The notes below the pieces were generated by a model that saw only the letters and a list, made by a program, of their open reading frames with translations, searched no databases and was not told the DNA's origin. A DNA stretch of 64,000 nucleotides, taken from Hydrolagus affinis. Its lineage: Eukaryota. Of this stretch, positions 40,270 to 54,332 are shown in pieces (the stretch's first letter is position 1; each line of letters begins with the position of its first letter). Location: assembly GCA_012026655.1 (NCBI GenBank), contig JAAILG010001030.1:1-64000 (forward strand), written 5' to 3'. A program made the translations under genes and the position numbers.

Positions 40270-41500
40270 TACAAAACTACATTTGTGAAGCCCCTTTCAC
40301 AATGGGTGGATGACTCAATGTACCGAACAGTCTGGGATCAGGATCCATGCGTATGGGTTGGAGGGGGCAGAGCAGGGTTGGGATGAGCGAGGGCAGAGAG
40401 GTAGGAGGGTGGCTGAAGCACAGTCAAAAAGGAGGATTTTGAGTCATGCCTTGAAGGAGGCAAGGGAGGGAGTAAGGCGAAGTGATTGTGGGATGGAGCT
40501 TCCAACAATAGGGCTAGAGTGGTTGAAAGCCCAGCCATCGATGGTAGGGTGGGTTGGGTGGGAGACATGGAGCAGGCTGAAGCCTGTTGAGTGGAGGGCA
40601 CGGATAGGTTGATGGTGTGAGCAGGTCAGAGATGTAGGAGTGGGCAAGGCCATGGAGGGCCTTGAAAGTGAGGAAGAGGATTTTCAACTCTAACTTCTGA
40701 AGGAGTGGGAGCCAGTGGGACTGGGGGGTCACAGAATCTGGTGCAGGACAGGACATGAGCTACAGAGTTCTGGATGATCTGTAGCTTGTAGAGGGAAGAG
40801 TTGCAGAAGCCAACTAGGGGGTAGTTTCTGTAGTCAAGCCTTGAGGTGACGAATGCATGTATGAGGGTTTCAGCAGCCTAGGGATGAGGCAGTGGCACAA
40901 TCAGGAAATATTTCAGAGGTTGGGATAGAGTGAATCATGGCACAGGTATGGAGGAAAAAAGATAGTTGAGGGTCGAACAAGAGTTCCTAACTGGCTTGAT
41001 AAGGTGGAGTGTGTAACCATGGATGCTGATGGTGCCAGTGCCTGAGGTGCTGGGGAGCTGCCATGAGCCAATCAGGATGGCCTTGGTCTTCTGGCATTTA
41101 GCTTTAGAAAGTTGGCTCTCAGGACCTGATGTCTGACAGATGTCAGCGAAAGTTGACCCCATGTCTGCAGATGATGTCATCAAAGGAGAGCATGTAGAGA
41201 TTGAAGACCATGCCATGCTGTGAGCATGGAAACTCTATTGGAGGGGCTTGTGCAAGGTGTGGTAAGAAAGGCAGGAGCCAAGCTGGGAAGCAAGACTGCT
41301 TCAAGGACCTTGGAAATAAAAGGGAGGTTGGAGATGGGCCAGTAGTTACAAAGCAAGAATGTATCCAGGGAAGGTTTTTTCAGAATGGGGTAATTACTTC
41401 TGTTTTTAGGGGGATCGGAACAATCAGATTATATGGAGAGATTGATGGTGTTGGAGAGTAGAGAGATGAGGAGATGGATCTGGGAGGTAAGGAGTCTGGC
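40270..41500 (-). mobile_element. Long degraded L2 LINE (RT region to 3' end)
   Basis: The minus strand shows HWLPLLQKLELKILFLTFKALHGLA and RT-region remnants, with the tail near 40270. Confidence 0.88.
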
Positions 41501-41944
41501 TTTTATTGATGCAGCACATTTTAGTAGATTTCTAATAAACGCTTAATATTTTGTTAATCTAATGCTGCATAATAATAATATTCCTTGTATTTGGTAAAGC
41601 ACCTTTCATGTTGTGAGAATGTACTAAGTGTTTCATGAAGTATATTCTTAGGTGCAGAGACTTGATGAGCAAATGCCATAGCAAATGTGTACACAGCAAT
41701 TACCTAGAAACAGCCATACAGTTAATGATAACAGCAATAACAACCTGCATTTATATTGCCCCCTTGATTCAGGTTAGCATTTCAGAGTGCCTAAGACGAT
41801 TTTCATTTGTAGGATTGTTGCCCACCAGGAGAAACTCCCTTCTCTTTCAAATAGTACTATTGCAGCATCAGAAAGTGCTAAATTGCTAGTATGAACCCCA
41901 TATCTGGCTAATTGTCATAAAACTTTTTGAATTTGACAATAATA

Positions 41945-42248
41945 TAATAAAAATCCTTGCATTTGATAGAGGGCTTTTCAAGTCTTCTAGATGTCAAAAC
42001 GTGCTTCACAGAATATTCTGTAAAGTGAATTGACTGTATATTTGTGGGCGAAACGCGGCAGCCAATTGTGCACAGCAATGTCCCACAAGCATTTGTGATT
42101 AAAATGACCAATTTATTAGTGTTTCTTTTTTGGGGATTATTAGTAGGAGTGTAGGGTAAGGAAACTTGCCCAAGGTTTCGCCCTGACCTGCCTAAAATGT
42201 CTCACGCTTGTAAGGCAAGTGCTCTAACCACTGAGTTACAGAACTCCA
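41945..42248 (-). mobile_element. SINE2
   Basis: Near-full match on the minus strand. Confidence 0.9.
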
Positions 42249-43934
42249 GCAGTGCTTCTGTGATTTGTTAATAAGTACTTCCTTAATTCCACTCTTACAT
42301 AATCAAACAGTGAATAATTCCAGAAGTTGCCTTCAACATAAATGGGTTAAAGTACATGTCTTATAGTGGCAACGCCCAGAATAAACTTTTGTCTATGTGC
42401 TGTCTGAAGTGTACGATAAAAGGGAAGGACAATGAACTCATGAAAATGTGCTTGGTGAACTATTTAAATTCGAAGTTGGCAAAGCCTGGAACATTCCATA
42501 ATAATCTCACACTGAACAACTGATACGGTGATTGATACCTACCTCACAATGCAATGTATACTATCGCATTTTACATTAAGAACATGAATAAAAGTTTTGT
42601 CTCTTTAAATGGAAGAGAAAGGTAATGTGCATAAAACCTGTAAATCCAACTTTTGTTTTATAAAACAAAGTTTAAATCTCAGGCATTTAGGTTTTTAGCA
42701 TTCAATCAGCTAATATGGGGATTATTTTAAATAAATTTTTAAAGTGACAATAATTTTTTTAAAAAATGGCCTTTCATGGATGAAACAATGTAATGCTGTT
42801 CTTATACTGTGTATTGGGACCCAGCGTCTTGGGACGTCCTCCTGACGTGAAAGCAGCTCTATAAATGTAATTTTGTTGTTGTGTTTGTGAAAAGGCAGCA
42901 GTACAAACATAGGTTGAGCCACTATGAATCATGTTTGATATGAGAGGCCTAGACTTTATCTGTGCAAATAGAACTGGGTTTGTTTTTTTGTGATCCATTA
43001 GAAACTCTCTGGTCATTCTCTGCACTTTCCATGGACATAGTTCCTAATTATTACTAAAAAAATTGGCCACATAATCAGCTATTCAATAACATGAAAACAC
43101 TTAACACACAATTTCATTATTTTCTACGAACCCATAACTCAATAACATCTGTGCATCTGTTTATTTATAGTGTTGATGTGCTGTGATTTGCTTCATTTCC
43201 AACAGTAAAATACAACCTGATATTTTGGATCAATGTACCGTTATTACCAATGAATCTAACTTGGTTCAATGCCAATAACTGTGGAATACCCAATATAGTA
43301 TGAAGGCTGCAGTGACTCAGCCTGTAGGTATATAAACATTACACCATATGCTCTTTGTAGTTTTCAGGTACCAGAAGCTTCGCATTAAGTAGGATTTTCA
43401 ATTCATTCATCTTTTCCTTTGAATGTATAAAATATTGAATTTTACATAATATTCAATGAGTGCTCTGAGTGAATCATGGAGGTTATACTGCAGTTAATCC
43501 CAATGATAAACTACATTTATCCTGTCTCTAACACAGGACTGATTCAGTTGAGGGACTGAATCTCTCCTGTATGCAGAGTAATAATAATAATCCATGCACT
43601 TGATATAACAGCTTATCATGTTCTTGAGACAGGTATCCTGCTACTATCTTCTGTGTTGGCCTTTATGTGGATGGTTGTCCCTTCAGAACAAGTAAACTCA
43701 CAAATAAACCAGCGGCGAGAACAATTCTCCAAAGTTTGTGAATACAAACTGATCTATGCTGAATATTTTTATGTGGTGTGACACATAAAGTATAGGGACA
43801 GGTATTCGACTGAAACTACGACAACAACAACTTCGATTTATATAGTGCCCTCCACGTTGGACGGCATCTCAGAGAGCTTCAAACTAGTCAAACTAGTCTT
43901 CTACAAGTCCCTCGTGCCCTCTGTTCCACCAATT

Positions 43935-44093
43935 AGAACGTAAGAATTAGGAGCAGGAGTAGGCTATTCGGACCCTCGAGCCTGCACCGCCATTCAATAA
44001 GATCATGGCTGATCTTTTAATGTAACTCCACCTACCCACCTTATCCCCATATCCCTTAATCCCTTTATCCATAAGAAATCTATCAATCTCAAT
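43935..44093 (-). mobile_element. CR1 LINE 3' terminus
   Basis: Encodes EIDRFLMDKGIKGYG, followed by the characteristic 3'UTR (plus strand gagcaggagtaggc...tcgagcctgcaccgccattcaataagatcatggctgatc). Confidence 0.85.
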
Positions 44094-44154
44094 GAGGGGT
44101 GCTATATAAATGCAAGCTGTTGTTGTTCTGACACACACACATTCAAACTGTCTG

Positions 44155-44575
44155 TAATAATAATAATCTTTATATTTAGTATAGTGCCTTTCATATCAGC
44201 AGAACGCTTCATAGGATATAGTGGAAAGACTGAAGTGACTCTGTGTGTTATGGGTGAATACAGCTGTCGATTTTGTACACAGTGATGTCTCACAAGAGCC
44301 ACAGAATTACCAATTTTATTTGGGGATCATTGGCCAGCACACATCACGAATCTCCCTTTTCTTTTCCAATAGTACCATGGGATTTTTAATGTTTAGCCGA
44401 ACAAGTATACTGGAGCTTAGTTTAATGTTTCATCAAACCTCCAACAATGTAGCACAGTCCCAACACTACATTGAGGTGTCAACTTAAATATGAGTTCCAA
44501 CGGCTGACGTGGTGCTTGAACCCACAACCTTCTGATTCAGATGTGAGAGTGTTACCAACTGAACTAGGCTGACAC
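44155..44575 (-). mobile_element. Deu-domain SINE
   Basis: Reverse complement of the same architecture (ttgaacccacaaccttctgattcaga...ctccaacaatgtagcac...tagtaccatggga). Confidence 0.82.
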
Positions 44576-45112
44576 GACAGTTGGCTGTCTCTGTAAAAAT
44601 AGCATTAAAAACCAATAGACTAGTATTAAAGTTTTTGTTAGGAACAACTTGCATTTATCTAGTGCCCTTCACACGATGCAGCATCTCAGAGCACTTAACA
44701 GCAGCTGATCTTGATACCAAGCTAGAAAGAGAGGGGTTGTAACCATTGGCAGAGTTAATGCATGTATGTCTGTGGCCAAAGGTCTTCTCACATTCTTGAC
44801 TGATGGCATTTCAGAACAAGAAACATAATCTCTTTTTTCTCCCCTTCTAAATCGCTTCATGGTTTGAAGTGATGATAAATTTATGTGGGATTTAATGTAA
44901 TTGATTTCCATGAGTAAAATGACTACATAACACAGAGGAAAGTGAGCACTGAGTGTGAAACAGAAAATGAGACCCTAGCTTACGACTGAGCTCTGCATTT
45001 ATGCGGATATTAACTCATGACTTGAATACCATGAGTTAAATTAAAATTGCCATCTTCCGGATTGAAAAAAATATGGCCAGGCCTAGGAGTCTGTAGGGGG
45101 GAAGAAACTGTG

Positions 45113-45425
45113 GTGTGGAGTCCTGTTGCACAGTGGTTAGAACACTTGTTTTACAACTGTGAGACGTGTGTTCGAATCCAGGCAGGTCAAGGCAAAACCT
45201 TGTGCAAGTTTCCTTACCCCACATGCCTAATAATAATCGCTCCTCCCCACAAAAAATTGGTAATTTCATTCCAAGGCTGTTTGTGGGACACTTCTGTATG
45301 CAATTGGCTGCCACGTTTTGCCCACAAATATATAGTCAATTTACTTTACAGTACATTTGTGAAGTGTTTTGGGACATCTAGAAGATGTGAAAAGTGCTAT
45401 ATCAATTGCAAGATTATTATTTATT
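45113..45425 (+). mobile_element. SINE2
   Basis: Full match. Confidence 0.9.
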
Positions 45426-46854
45426 GTATAAACTAGAGTAGGAACTGAGGTAGAATTATTTCCCTTATTGCTATTGTGCCATTTTCCCCAGTTATGTTTA
45501 ATATGTCCCTCCCCTCTTCCTTTCAACCACATTGACTGGTTTCTTTTACATGCAGCCCTTATATTTAATTCCTTTGCATGTTGTTATCTCAGTCACTCTT
45601 ACCTCTGTTATGTCCATAGTGGCCCATTACTGTCCTCCAGTCAGTCTTACACTATCCCCTCCCACACTTTAATCTCTTTCAGGTCTCTTTCCTTTTTGGC
45701 CCCTCTGCCAATAGGTAGCACTCTGCAAAAAAATGCTGTTGGCTCCTAGGATGATTCGCTGCATCCAGGTAATGTGGCACTAGTTTATTCTCACTGATCC
45801 TGAAGGGAATTGCAAGAGTAGATACACTCAGCACTGGAATCGTCACTCTAGTTCAGAGGCAATCTGGAGAGATTGAAGAGAGAGTTGAACAGATTGTTAC
45901 ATGATTTACATGCCCACAAATCATTTTGACAAACATCGTACGATTTGCGATTTGAAGGCTTGGAAAAATATTCAATTTGCAAAGGATTAAGGTATTCTCG
46001 ATTAAACTAGTTTGTTAAAAATAATGATTCCAGCAGTGACATGGTTAATTGCTCTAAATAATAATACATTCAGTGGGTCTGCTTTTTATTGGTTTGTTGG
46101 AAAGTGGGTTATTGCCAGGAATCAATAGTTATTAAGATGACTGCCTCAGGGATTGTTAGAACAATGCTTACATCCACAGCCTTAGTCCTAGCAAGGTTAT
46201 TGTCAAGATATACAATTATTGCTGCTCGTCTATTTAGAGTAGTTAATCAGTATTTACAAAATTGCTTACTTTCCCATTATTGTTTCTGGCACAATGAAAT
46301 GTGAACGCAATGAAACTCTACCGGTGCAAATAATAAGAATTAGGAAATCACACTGCCTCACAATCCACTTGATTGGTACGTGGGCACATATCTGCCTGCA
46401 GAGGCTATTGAGCTGGTATTCCCCATTTTTGGAGATGGTGACCTTGCAGAAATCTATTGCTATTTCACAGCGATGGTTTATTGCATTCAGTAGGGCGGAG
46501 TTCCCAGAGAAGCTCTAATCCTTCCATTTTCCACAATTATGCCAAACCAGGCATTTATGCCTCATCTTTTCATTATACTGTATGAAAAATTCTGTTTAAC
46601 CCACTATTACTGAGAGTTCTTTCAATCATCCACATACCCAGATGTCTGGAAAATTTATTTTTCTGTATCGTTGGAAGGGTGATTACAAAGTCGAATTAGA
46701 AAATGGTTTAAGAGTACAGAACATTTTGTCAAGTGAATTATGTAACTCACAAAACATTATGAATAAAACAAAAGTAATCCTGTGCTTTATTGCATCCCCC
46801 GCACCAACCCGATTCTGAAAACTGCAATCTGGGTACAGATATAATTATGCTTGA

Positions 46855-47200
46855 CTCTGCTGTCTCTGAATCAGACTATTGTTGATTTAAGTCTCATGTG
46901 GGGATTTTAAGGTCACAGTCTAGGCTGATCCTCCAGCTCAGTGCTGGGCAACATTGCATTCCTTGACGTGCCATCCTTGGAACAAGAGGTTAAAACCATC
47001 AGCCCAAGTGAATGTTAAAGATTCCATGATACTATTTGAAATATGAAGGGCATTTTTTTTAGTCCAACAATCTTCAACGGTTATCTTCAAAGATAAATTA
47101 ATCATTCACTTTATGGTTGTTTGTGGCACCTTGTGTGCAAATTGGCTGTCACATTTGCCTACAAACAATTTCATGTGATGTGCTGTAAAACAGTATTAAA
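46855..47200 (+). mobile_element. Deu-domain SINE, degraded
   Basis: tctctgaatcaga...ctaggctga...gttaaagattccatgatactatttgaa...ttgtgtgcaaattggctg. Confidence 0.72.
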
Positions 47201-47227
47201 GGTGCTATGTGAATGTCCTCTCTTGTT

Positions 47228-47508
47228 TGTGGAGTCCTGCACTTCAGTGTTTAGAGCCCTCGTCTTGCAAGTGAGAGACCAGCGTACAATTCCCTGGAGG
47301 GTGAAATCTTGCTTAAATTCCCTTACTCCACATGCCTGATAATAATCCCTCAAGAAAAAACCTCAATAATAAATTGGTCACTTCAATCTACGACTGTTTG
47401 TGGGACACTATTGTACATAATTGGCTGCTGCATTGAGCCCACAAATATACAGCTCTTTGAGATGTCTAGAAAATGTGAAAAGTGCTATAAGAAATGCAAA
47501 AATTATTG
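47228..47508 (+). mobile_element. SINE2 with 3' internal deletion
   Basis: Head and body match. Confidence 0.88.
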
Positions 47509-48606
47509 GCTTTGGCCATCCTCCCTATCTTTCCAGCTTGGCATCAAAACATACTGTTGATAACAGCTCCGGAGACACAACTCAAGGGAAGGGCACTATA
47601 TACATGCAAGTTGTTGTTGTTGTTTTCTGGCAGGGAAATATATAAAACTCTTTGCAGTTGATCATTGTACTGTGCTTCAGCCTTTTTTGGAAGTTCACCA
47701 TTGGCACTTGTGTGGCTTTCAGAAACAATTGGCGAGCATCAATGAACAGTTTCTTTGCAGCACCATGAATTGATATCCGTCTTGGACAACAATGTCCTGG
47801 ACACTGAGTAATTGCTGTGGTGTTGGGGATTTCAGATTGTTAACATTACCAATAGCTCCAAATTTGTATCCTACAGTGAAAATGTTTCTGACCCAAAATA
47901 TCAATGTTTAAGTATTGTTGATACCAGCTGAGCATTTCTTATCTTGCCTTTCAGAGCTGACTAAGCGGATCTTGAATGAAAGGGTAAAACAAAATGGCTC
48001 AGATCTATGAAAAGAGATCTTTTAACTTGTTATAAAAAAGTTAGCAATGAAAATAGAGAAAATATTAATTGAAACTGGTCTCACAATAGGTCACTTACAG
48101 ATATATTTCTAGCATATTTAATTAAAACATTCATTTAACAAACAGGATGTGTATCAAATGAAAATACACCGTAATTTTACTACCACTGTCCAATATGATT
48201 CCCATGGATACAGCAGTAGAGAGTAGTGACAGTGACTCACTATTAAGCGACCAACCATGAATGTAAATGATGAAAACATAGAAATTCATAGGCAGTCTGG
48301 AATGCATTTTAAACTTTTTTTAACCAATAAATAAAAAGAACACCAACAATATTTAAAATTGGATATAAAATGGTTTATTAACGAACTTCAAAGTACAGCT
48401 TTCTCTCGGCAGTTATGGGACTAATTTCGATTCCATTTCCTTCATAGAACTAATATATTTGACTTGCTTCCGGGATCCAAATGCATTTTACAAAAGCAAA
48501 TGATTTACCTTATTATGAAACTCCCTTGTTTGTTTCTGTGAATTTGTTTTGTAATGGGTAATGCAGAAAGGAACATAAACCTCACATTGCCAAGTTGCTA
48601 TTATTG

Positions 48607-49000
48607 TCTGGCTCAATGATAGCACTTACGCCTCTGAGTCAGAAGGTTGGAGGTTCAAGCCACACACTGGAACTTGAACTCACATAGTTTCAACTGATAC
48701 TCCAATCCAGTGCTGGGGGAGTGTTGCATTGTTGGACGTGCTGGCCTTCAGGTGAGATGTTAAACTGTATGTCTATTCAAATGGACATTACAGGTATCTT
48801 GGCACTATTAGAAAAGAGAAGGGAGTTTATCCTGGTGTCTGGGCTAACAATCGCTCAAATAAAATAGTTGTTCAATTCATGGCTGTTTGTGAGACTTTGC
48901 TGTGCACAACTGGCTCTCTGTTTATCCCCACAAAATAAACAGTCAGTACTTCGGGATGTTCTCTTGATGTGCAAGGTGCTTTACCAAATTTAGGGATTAT
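48607..49000 (+). mobile_element. Deu-domain SINE (SacSINE1/AmnSINE-like), near full length
   Basis: ggctcaatgatagcacttacgcctctgagtcagaaggttggaggttcaag...ggtgagatgttaaac...ggcactatt...ggagtt...cctggtgtctgggc...ctgtttgtgagactttgctgtgcacaa. Confidence 0.85.
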
Positions 49001-50494
49001 AAATTGTTATGATATACTAGGACAAAATTAAATGGTGAAAGAACAAAGTTTTCTATAACCTTAGTGGGTCAAGGATCCCAAAATGCTGCTTTTGGATAGC
49101 AAAGATCAGTCTTGTGCAAGATTAGCTGTGATATTCATACTATCATCCCTGGGGGTAGGCGGTGAAAGTAAACCAGATTTCCTTCAGACAGCCTTGGTTG
49201 CAAGGTTACATGTTTGGCAACAGAATGTTAAAACCAGGTAGTCTGCAATGGTCTTAGTAGTCCAGTTTATGAATCAGGCAGATCTGCATTACTCCACGGC
49301 ACTGATAATGACAGATCAGCAGCCTGGTTGTCAGGAGAAGATTCTTTCCGCTTGGCTCCTGCTTACACTGCAAACAAAAACCCTAGTGGTTCCAAGCTAC
49401 TTGTGATACAAGTGATAGGAAGCTTGCCAGACATTGCTCGCAATGGCATTATATTTGTATAGCATCTTTCACGTTGGGAGGACGTCCCAAGGCGCTGAAT
49501 AGTTAGTGTTTCAGACCCGAGCTGGAGTTGGGTTCGGGTAGGGTGGAGGGAAGCTGGTTAGACGTATGCTCTGAGGCCCCCAAGGCTCGGTTCTCATCAA
49601 ACTATGTTTAATACTTTCCGGAACTAATAAAATAAATAATAATAACTGTTGCATTTGATTTACATCTAAATGTCTCATACCACTTAACAGGATGTTAAAG
49701 TGTGGAAACTTAATTAAGTAAGCGGAGCCAAGAAGTGTCATAGATAAAAGGAAATTCTATATTGGATGACATACATATATGGCACTCTCAGTCTGATTTA
49801 GACACGGTTAAACATCTGACAGATCTCCTCTTGTGTCAGAGATCTAGCTAACCAAACAAAGATGATACTGATCAGGAATTTGAGGGCACTAAAACGAAAA
49901 TCATAATTATCCTTGCATTTCATATATTTGCCTTATCACATCTTTAAGATGTCTCAAACTGCATACAGAATATACTTTATTTGTGGGGGTTAAAATATAT
50001 TCAGATTAAGCAATTTACTGCATCCAGAAGAATCGACTCATAGTAGAGAGCTGGGAAAAGACTAGCTGGCTGGTCCTAAAACAAAAAATAACACAACACT
50101 ATGCAATTTCTCATACGCTTCTATCAATTTCTTTGCCAAATAGCTTGCTAATTCTCTCTTGAATTTGCTGACAGATTCTGCCTTCACTATCTCCTATTTT
50201 ACATAGATGCACCACTCAGTGTATATTAAATATAACCCCTGTTCGCCTTTCATGCATTTGTACAATTTTTAGACTGGGTTCTAAAATTTTAAACACGGCA
50301 CTGGAATTGTACAGGTTTGAATGGATTGAAGTTTATACCATTTGAACAGGAGTGTTGAGATGTCACAAGTAAAGAATAATGGGGAAGAAATGAATATTGA
50401 TTGTTAATTAATTAGCTAGTGTGCCTCTGGCTGAATTATCAGAAATCCTGAAAAGTACAATGTCCAGTGAACATTAATAAGCTGATTCCACTTT

Positions 50495-51030
50495 TGTTGG
50501 TGAGACCATAAGAATGAGATCTAAAAGAGTGTTTAGGAGGAACCTCTTTCATGGAGAATGGTGAGTACAGGTATGTGAAGCTCGCAGCCGGAAGCTGTGG
50601 TTGAAACAGAAAGAATGAATTAATTTAAGAGGAGGCTTCATGCAACCATGAAGGGGAAGGGAATAGTAGGGAAGGTAGGCTAAGTTGGGAGAGGCTAAGC
50701 CTATTGCAGTGCTGGACAGTCTGTATTGTTATATAGATTTGCTGGACTGTTTCCTAAAACATAAAAGGTTGAGTTTTCAGAGAGAGATTTTTAAATTGCT
50801 GAGGAGTTTACATTACACAGACAGGGAGAAATTATTTTCAATGGTCATTAAAGTGGTTACTAGAGAGCATAAAAGTTAGGTACTTATCTATAGGAAAGAA
50901 TTAGGAAAACATTTTTACATTTTGTTACGGTGTAGAATAGCTTACCTGCAACTCTGGGAGAGACAAAATCCATATTAGCTTTTAACAGTAAATTTGATAA
51001 ATATGTGAAAGAAGAAACATAAAAGGATCT
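50495..51030 (+). mobile_element. Two degraded CR1 3' fragments
   Basis: Encodes EIFKLLRSLHYTDREKLFSMVIKVVTREH (compare EVYKIMRGLDRVDREKLF..TRGH). Confidence 0.65.
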
Positions 51031-52230
51031 TAACCAAAGAGAAATAGAAGCTATGAAACCTGTGGAATTGAAACTGTCAACAGAATGTGTGATAATGTGA
51101 GTTGCACAGACAGTGGTGTAATTTATTGCAAGTCCAACGTACTACATAATGTGTGAGAGGGCAAATTCATTTGAGGAATTCATTGCTAACTAGTGACAGC
51201 AAAGCTCTCAGCAGATACTAACTTCACCTCCATAAGAAGGCAGAGAGGGAGGGAGAAAAGATAAAAAGTCACCCTACATCTCCTAGCAACCAATTTAGCA
51301 GTTCTTGGTTACTCATGAAATAGGCTCAATGGGAGAAACATTATTCAATATACTTGGTTGTTAAAAATATCTCAATTGATGAAATAATGAGGCAACATTT
51401 TGCTCCCAATGAGTTAACCATGCTAATCGTTTACATTAGGAACCTTTTCATTGATACACAAATACCGCAGTCCAGGAGGAAAGCTTTCACTGCAACATGA
51501 GTCAGTTCATCAGAAACAAGGCTTATCTCATTAGGAACAAGTCGAACAAGACAGAGGGGAAACGTCAAAAGACCTGGAATCAGACAACAGGAGACAACAA
51601 AACGGAAACTGGACTGCTCAATTGAGAGGAATTAAATATTCATTGGCATTATTGATGTTGGTTTAACCTGGTTGAATAATTACTGTTTTAAAAATTTGAT
51701 TCAAAGTTCTGAGGAAATATATGTAAGTTATTTGTAGTAACAACATTCACTCTGAAAGTGTTACCCAGCATACATTGGATGGGGTGCCATGCTGTTACAT
51801 TTAGGAGCAATGACACCAAATAGATTTCCCCAAAACAGAACATTACTGTATACGGTGCAGAACTAAATTAATTGAAAGCCATTCCTTTTCTTATTGACTG
51901 TCCCCACTGGGAGAGTGTTGGAACCAGGCTATAATGGTCAGCCTTTGTAAAGTACTGCTGTGTTTTCAACTTGTGCTGAGAGAAAGCCTTTCACCATTCT
52001 TTCACTGTCGGAGCACACAATAGCTCTTCCACTGATTGCTTTCTATTCCCTTCCTCTTTCACTCTCAATCTCATTCTCAAAACTTATAACAGGCATGAGC
52101 AGACACCACACCAACTAGTATTATTCTGTTGAAAATGGAGTACTAGATTTCATTTAGAGTGCATGAGGAAGATCACCTAATATATAAATATTGAAGTTGA
52201 ACAGTAGATCACTATGTGGATTCACTAATA

Positions 52231-52558
52231 CAGTAAAACCTCAATAATCTGACATTCTGAAAGCCAGCAACTTCCTAAAAAAAAATTTAGAAATACATAC
52301 AGTATTACATTTTTTTCCGATGTCCAGCAAATCTCCCGAAGTTCGGAACAGCTGCTTGTAGTTCACGCGGTCACCACTCTGTCATCCCTTGCTGTGATTG
52401 CCGCTAAGGCATTTTTTTGCTTCAGTGCTTCGTTTACAGCTCACATGGTGTATGCGGAATCCCAAGGCATATTTCTAGGTAGGTTTCTAAACACCGGCAA
52501 ACTTCAAAATCCGGGAGGTGTATGGTCCTAACTGTGCTAGATTATCGAGAATTTACTG
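52231..52558. mobile_element. Tigger/pogo-type MITE, family B
   Basis: TA|CAGTAAAACCTCAATAATCT ... AGATTATCGAGAATTTACTG|TA. Confidence 0.85.
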
Positions 52559-53744
52559 TAATAACTTTTACAGTAAACTAGAAGCATGGCATGATGATCT
52601 CTGGGAACACCATTCCAACGGATCTGAAACTTGACTGAGGATGTTGCAGTGCTGCAGTAGTCAATATTCAAGACTTGTACTCATCATTTATGAATTCAAG
52701 TAGTTACTATTAACTGAATTCTTCAACGTTTAGCAAACAAAACAAGTGTTATCTTGCTGACTGACAGTCAAAGCTGAGAATTCAACACTATAAACCCATT
52801 TTATAATAAACAAAAATAATCTTAGCAATTTGCTATAAAGCCTACAATGTCAAAAATACTGAATGTGCTTTATGGTATTTAATTTAAAGTATAATAGCTG
52901 TGTATTTGTGGGAAAATCTGGCATCAAATTTGCACAGCAATGTCCCACAAACAACCAGGTGTATGACAAATTGATCTTCTCTGACTTAACCATTAAGGAT
53001 GATTTGGGAGAAGGTTAATCTGCTTCTGACCCATTCATTGTGATAAATAGGATGTGTAATAAATAATTCATTGATTTAAATGAAACATTTCTAATTTGAT
53101 AAATATTATTGTGGAGAACATAATAAGATGTTCTTGGCTTGCTAATTGTATGACAATGTGTGTTTTCATACAGTGATGAGAAAAATTCATCTTATCTCAC
53201 CAAAATATTAAAAAGATTTGACTATATTACAGCAAACAGAACGCATCAGTGTTTTAATATTATGATTCTGTTGTTTACTGAAAGTGTATGGATTGTACTT
53301 TGAACCAAGGATGCTATAGAAGTTAACAAAAAAAAATCATCCCTTAATGGACAATTGTTTTATCAATTATGGATTAGAAAGGTTAGACAGTTAGTACTGA
53401 CATCATGCAAGGTACCTCATTAGAGGAAGCAAAACATCAATGAATGGGATAGAATTACATGTTTGTTGACTCATCTCTCACCTTGTTCAAACAATAATAA
53501 TAATAATCCTTGCATTTGATATAGCGCTTTTCAGGTCTACCAGACATCTCAAAGCACTTCATAGAATATATTTTAAAGTGAATTGACTGCATGTTTGTGG
53601 GTGAAACAATGGGAGGCATTGATTAATAAAATGGACAGGATTTGGGGCTACATTGCCCAAGTTAAATTCAAATCCCTAGCATACTCTAGCTGTGGTCAGA
53701 CTAGTTCTGATCGTCACCAACATAAGGTGTCATTTTCAATATCT

Positions 53745-54332
53745 GTATGCACTCACTTGGTGACATCATCCGCAGATATGGGGTCAACTTCCACATGTAT
53801 CTGATGACACACAACTCTATCTCTCTGCCTCAACCCTCAACTCGAGGACCAATGCTGTCCTCACTGACATCAAGTTCTGGATGAGAGCTAACTTCCTGCA
53901 GCTGAATGCCAACAAGATAGAAGCTCTCCTGGTTGGCTCTGGTCAGTGTTTGCATACCTCGGGCACTGACAGCATCTCCCTCTACAATTGCACCACAATA
54001 GATGCACTCTATATCTCACTGAGCCAATACAGAACCTTGGCATTCTTGATAATCTGCAGCTCATGTCCTCTCCCACACCAGGGAGAGGACAGGAGAGGGG
54101 GTGAGGCAGAGGGACTGGGGCATGGAGTTCCAGAAGGTGACGGTATCATCCCCATCCTCACCTAACTCCACTGCCTACCCATCTCACAGATAATGTTGTT
54201 CAAGATCCTAGTCCTCACATTCAATGCCATCCATGGTCTTGCTCCCTTGCACCCCTGCAATCTCCTAACCCCTTACCAATCTGCCCGCTCGCTCTGCTTG
54301 GCGGGCTCCAGCTAGCTTCACGTCTCCCGCTC
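53745..54332 (+). mobile_element. Rearranged L2 RT fragment
   Basis: tatctgatgacacacaactc (frameshifted YADDTQL) and WMRANFLQLNANKIEALLVG, with a short inverted piece at about 54080-54135. Confidence 0.8.
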
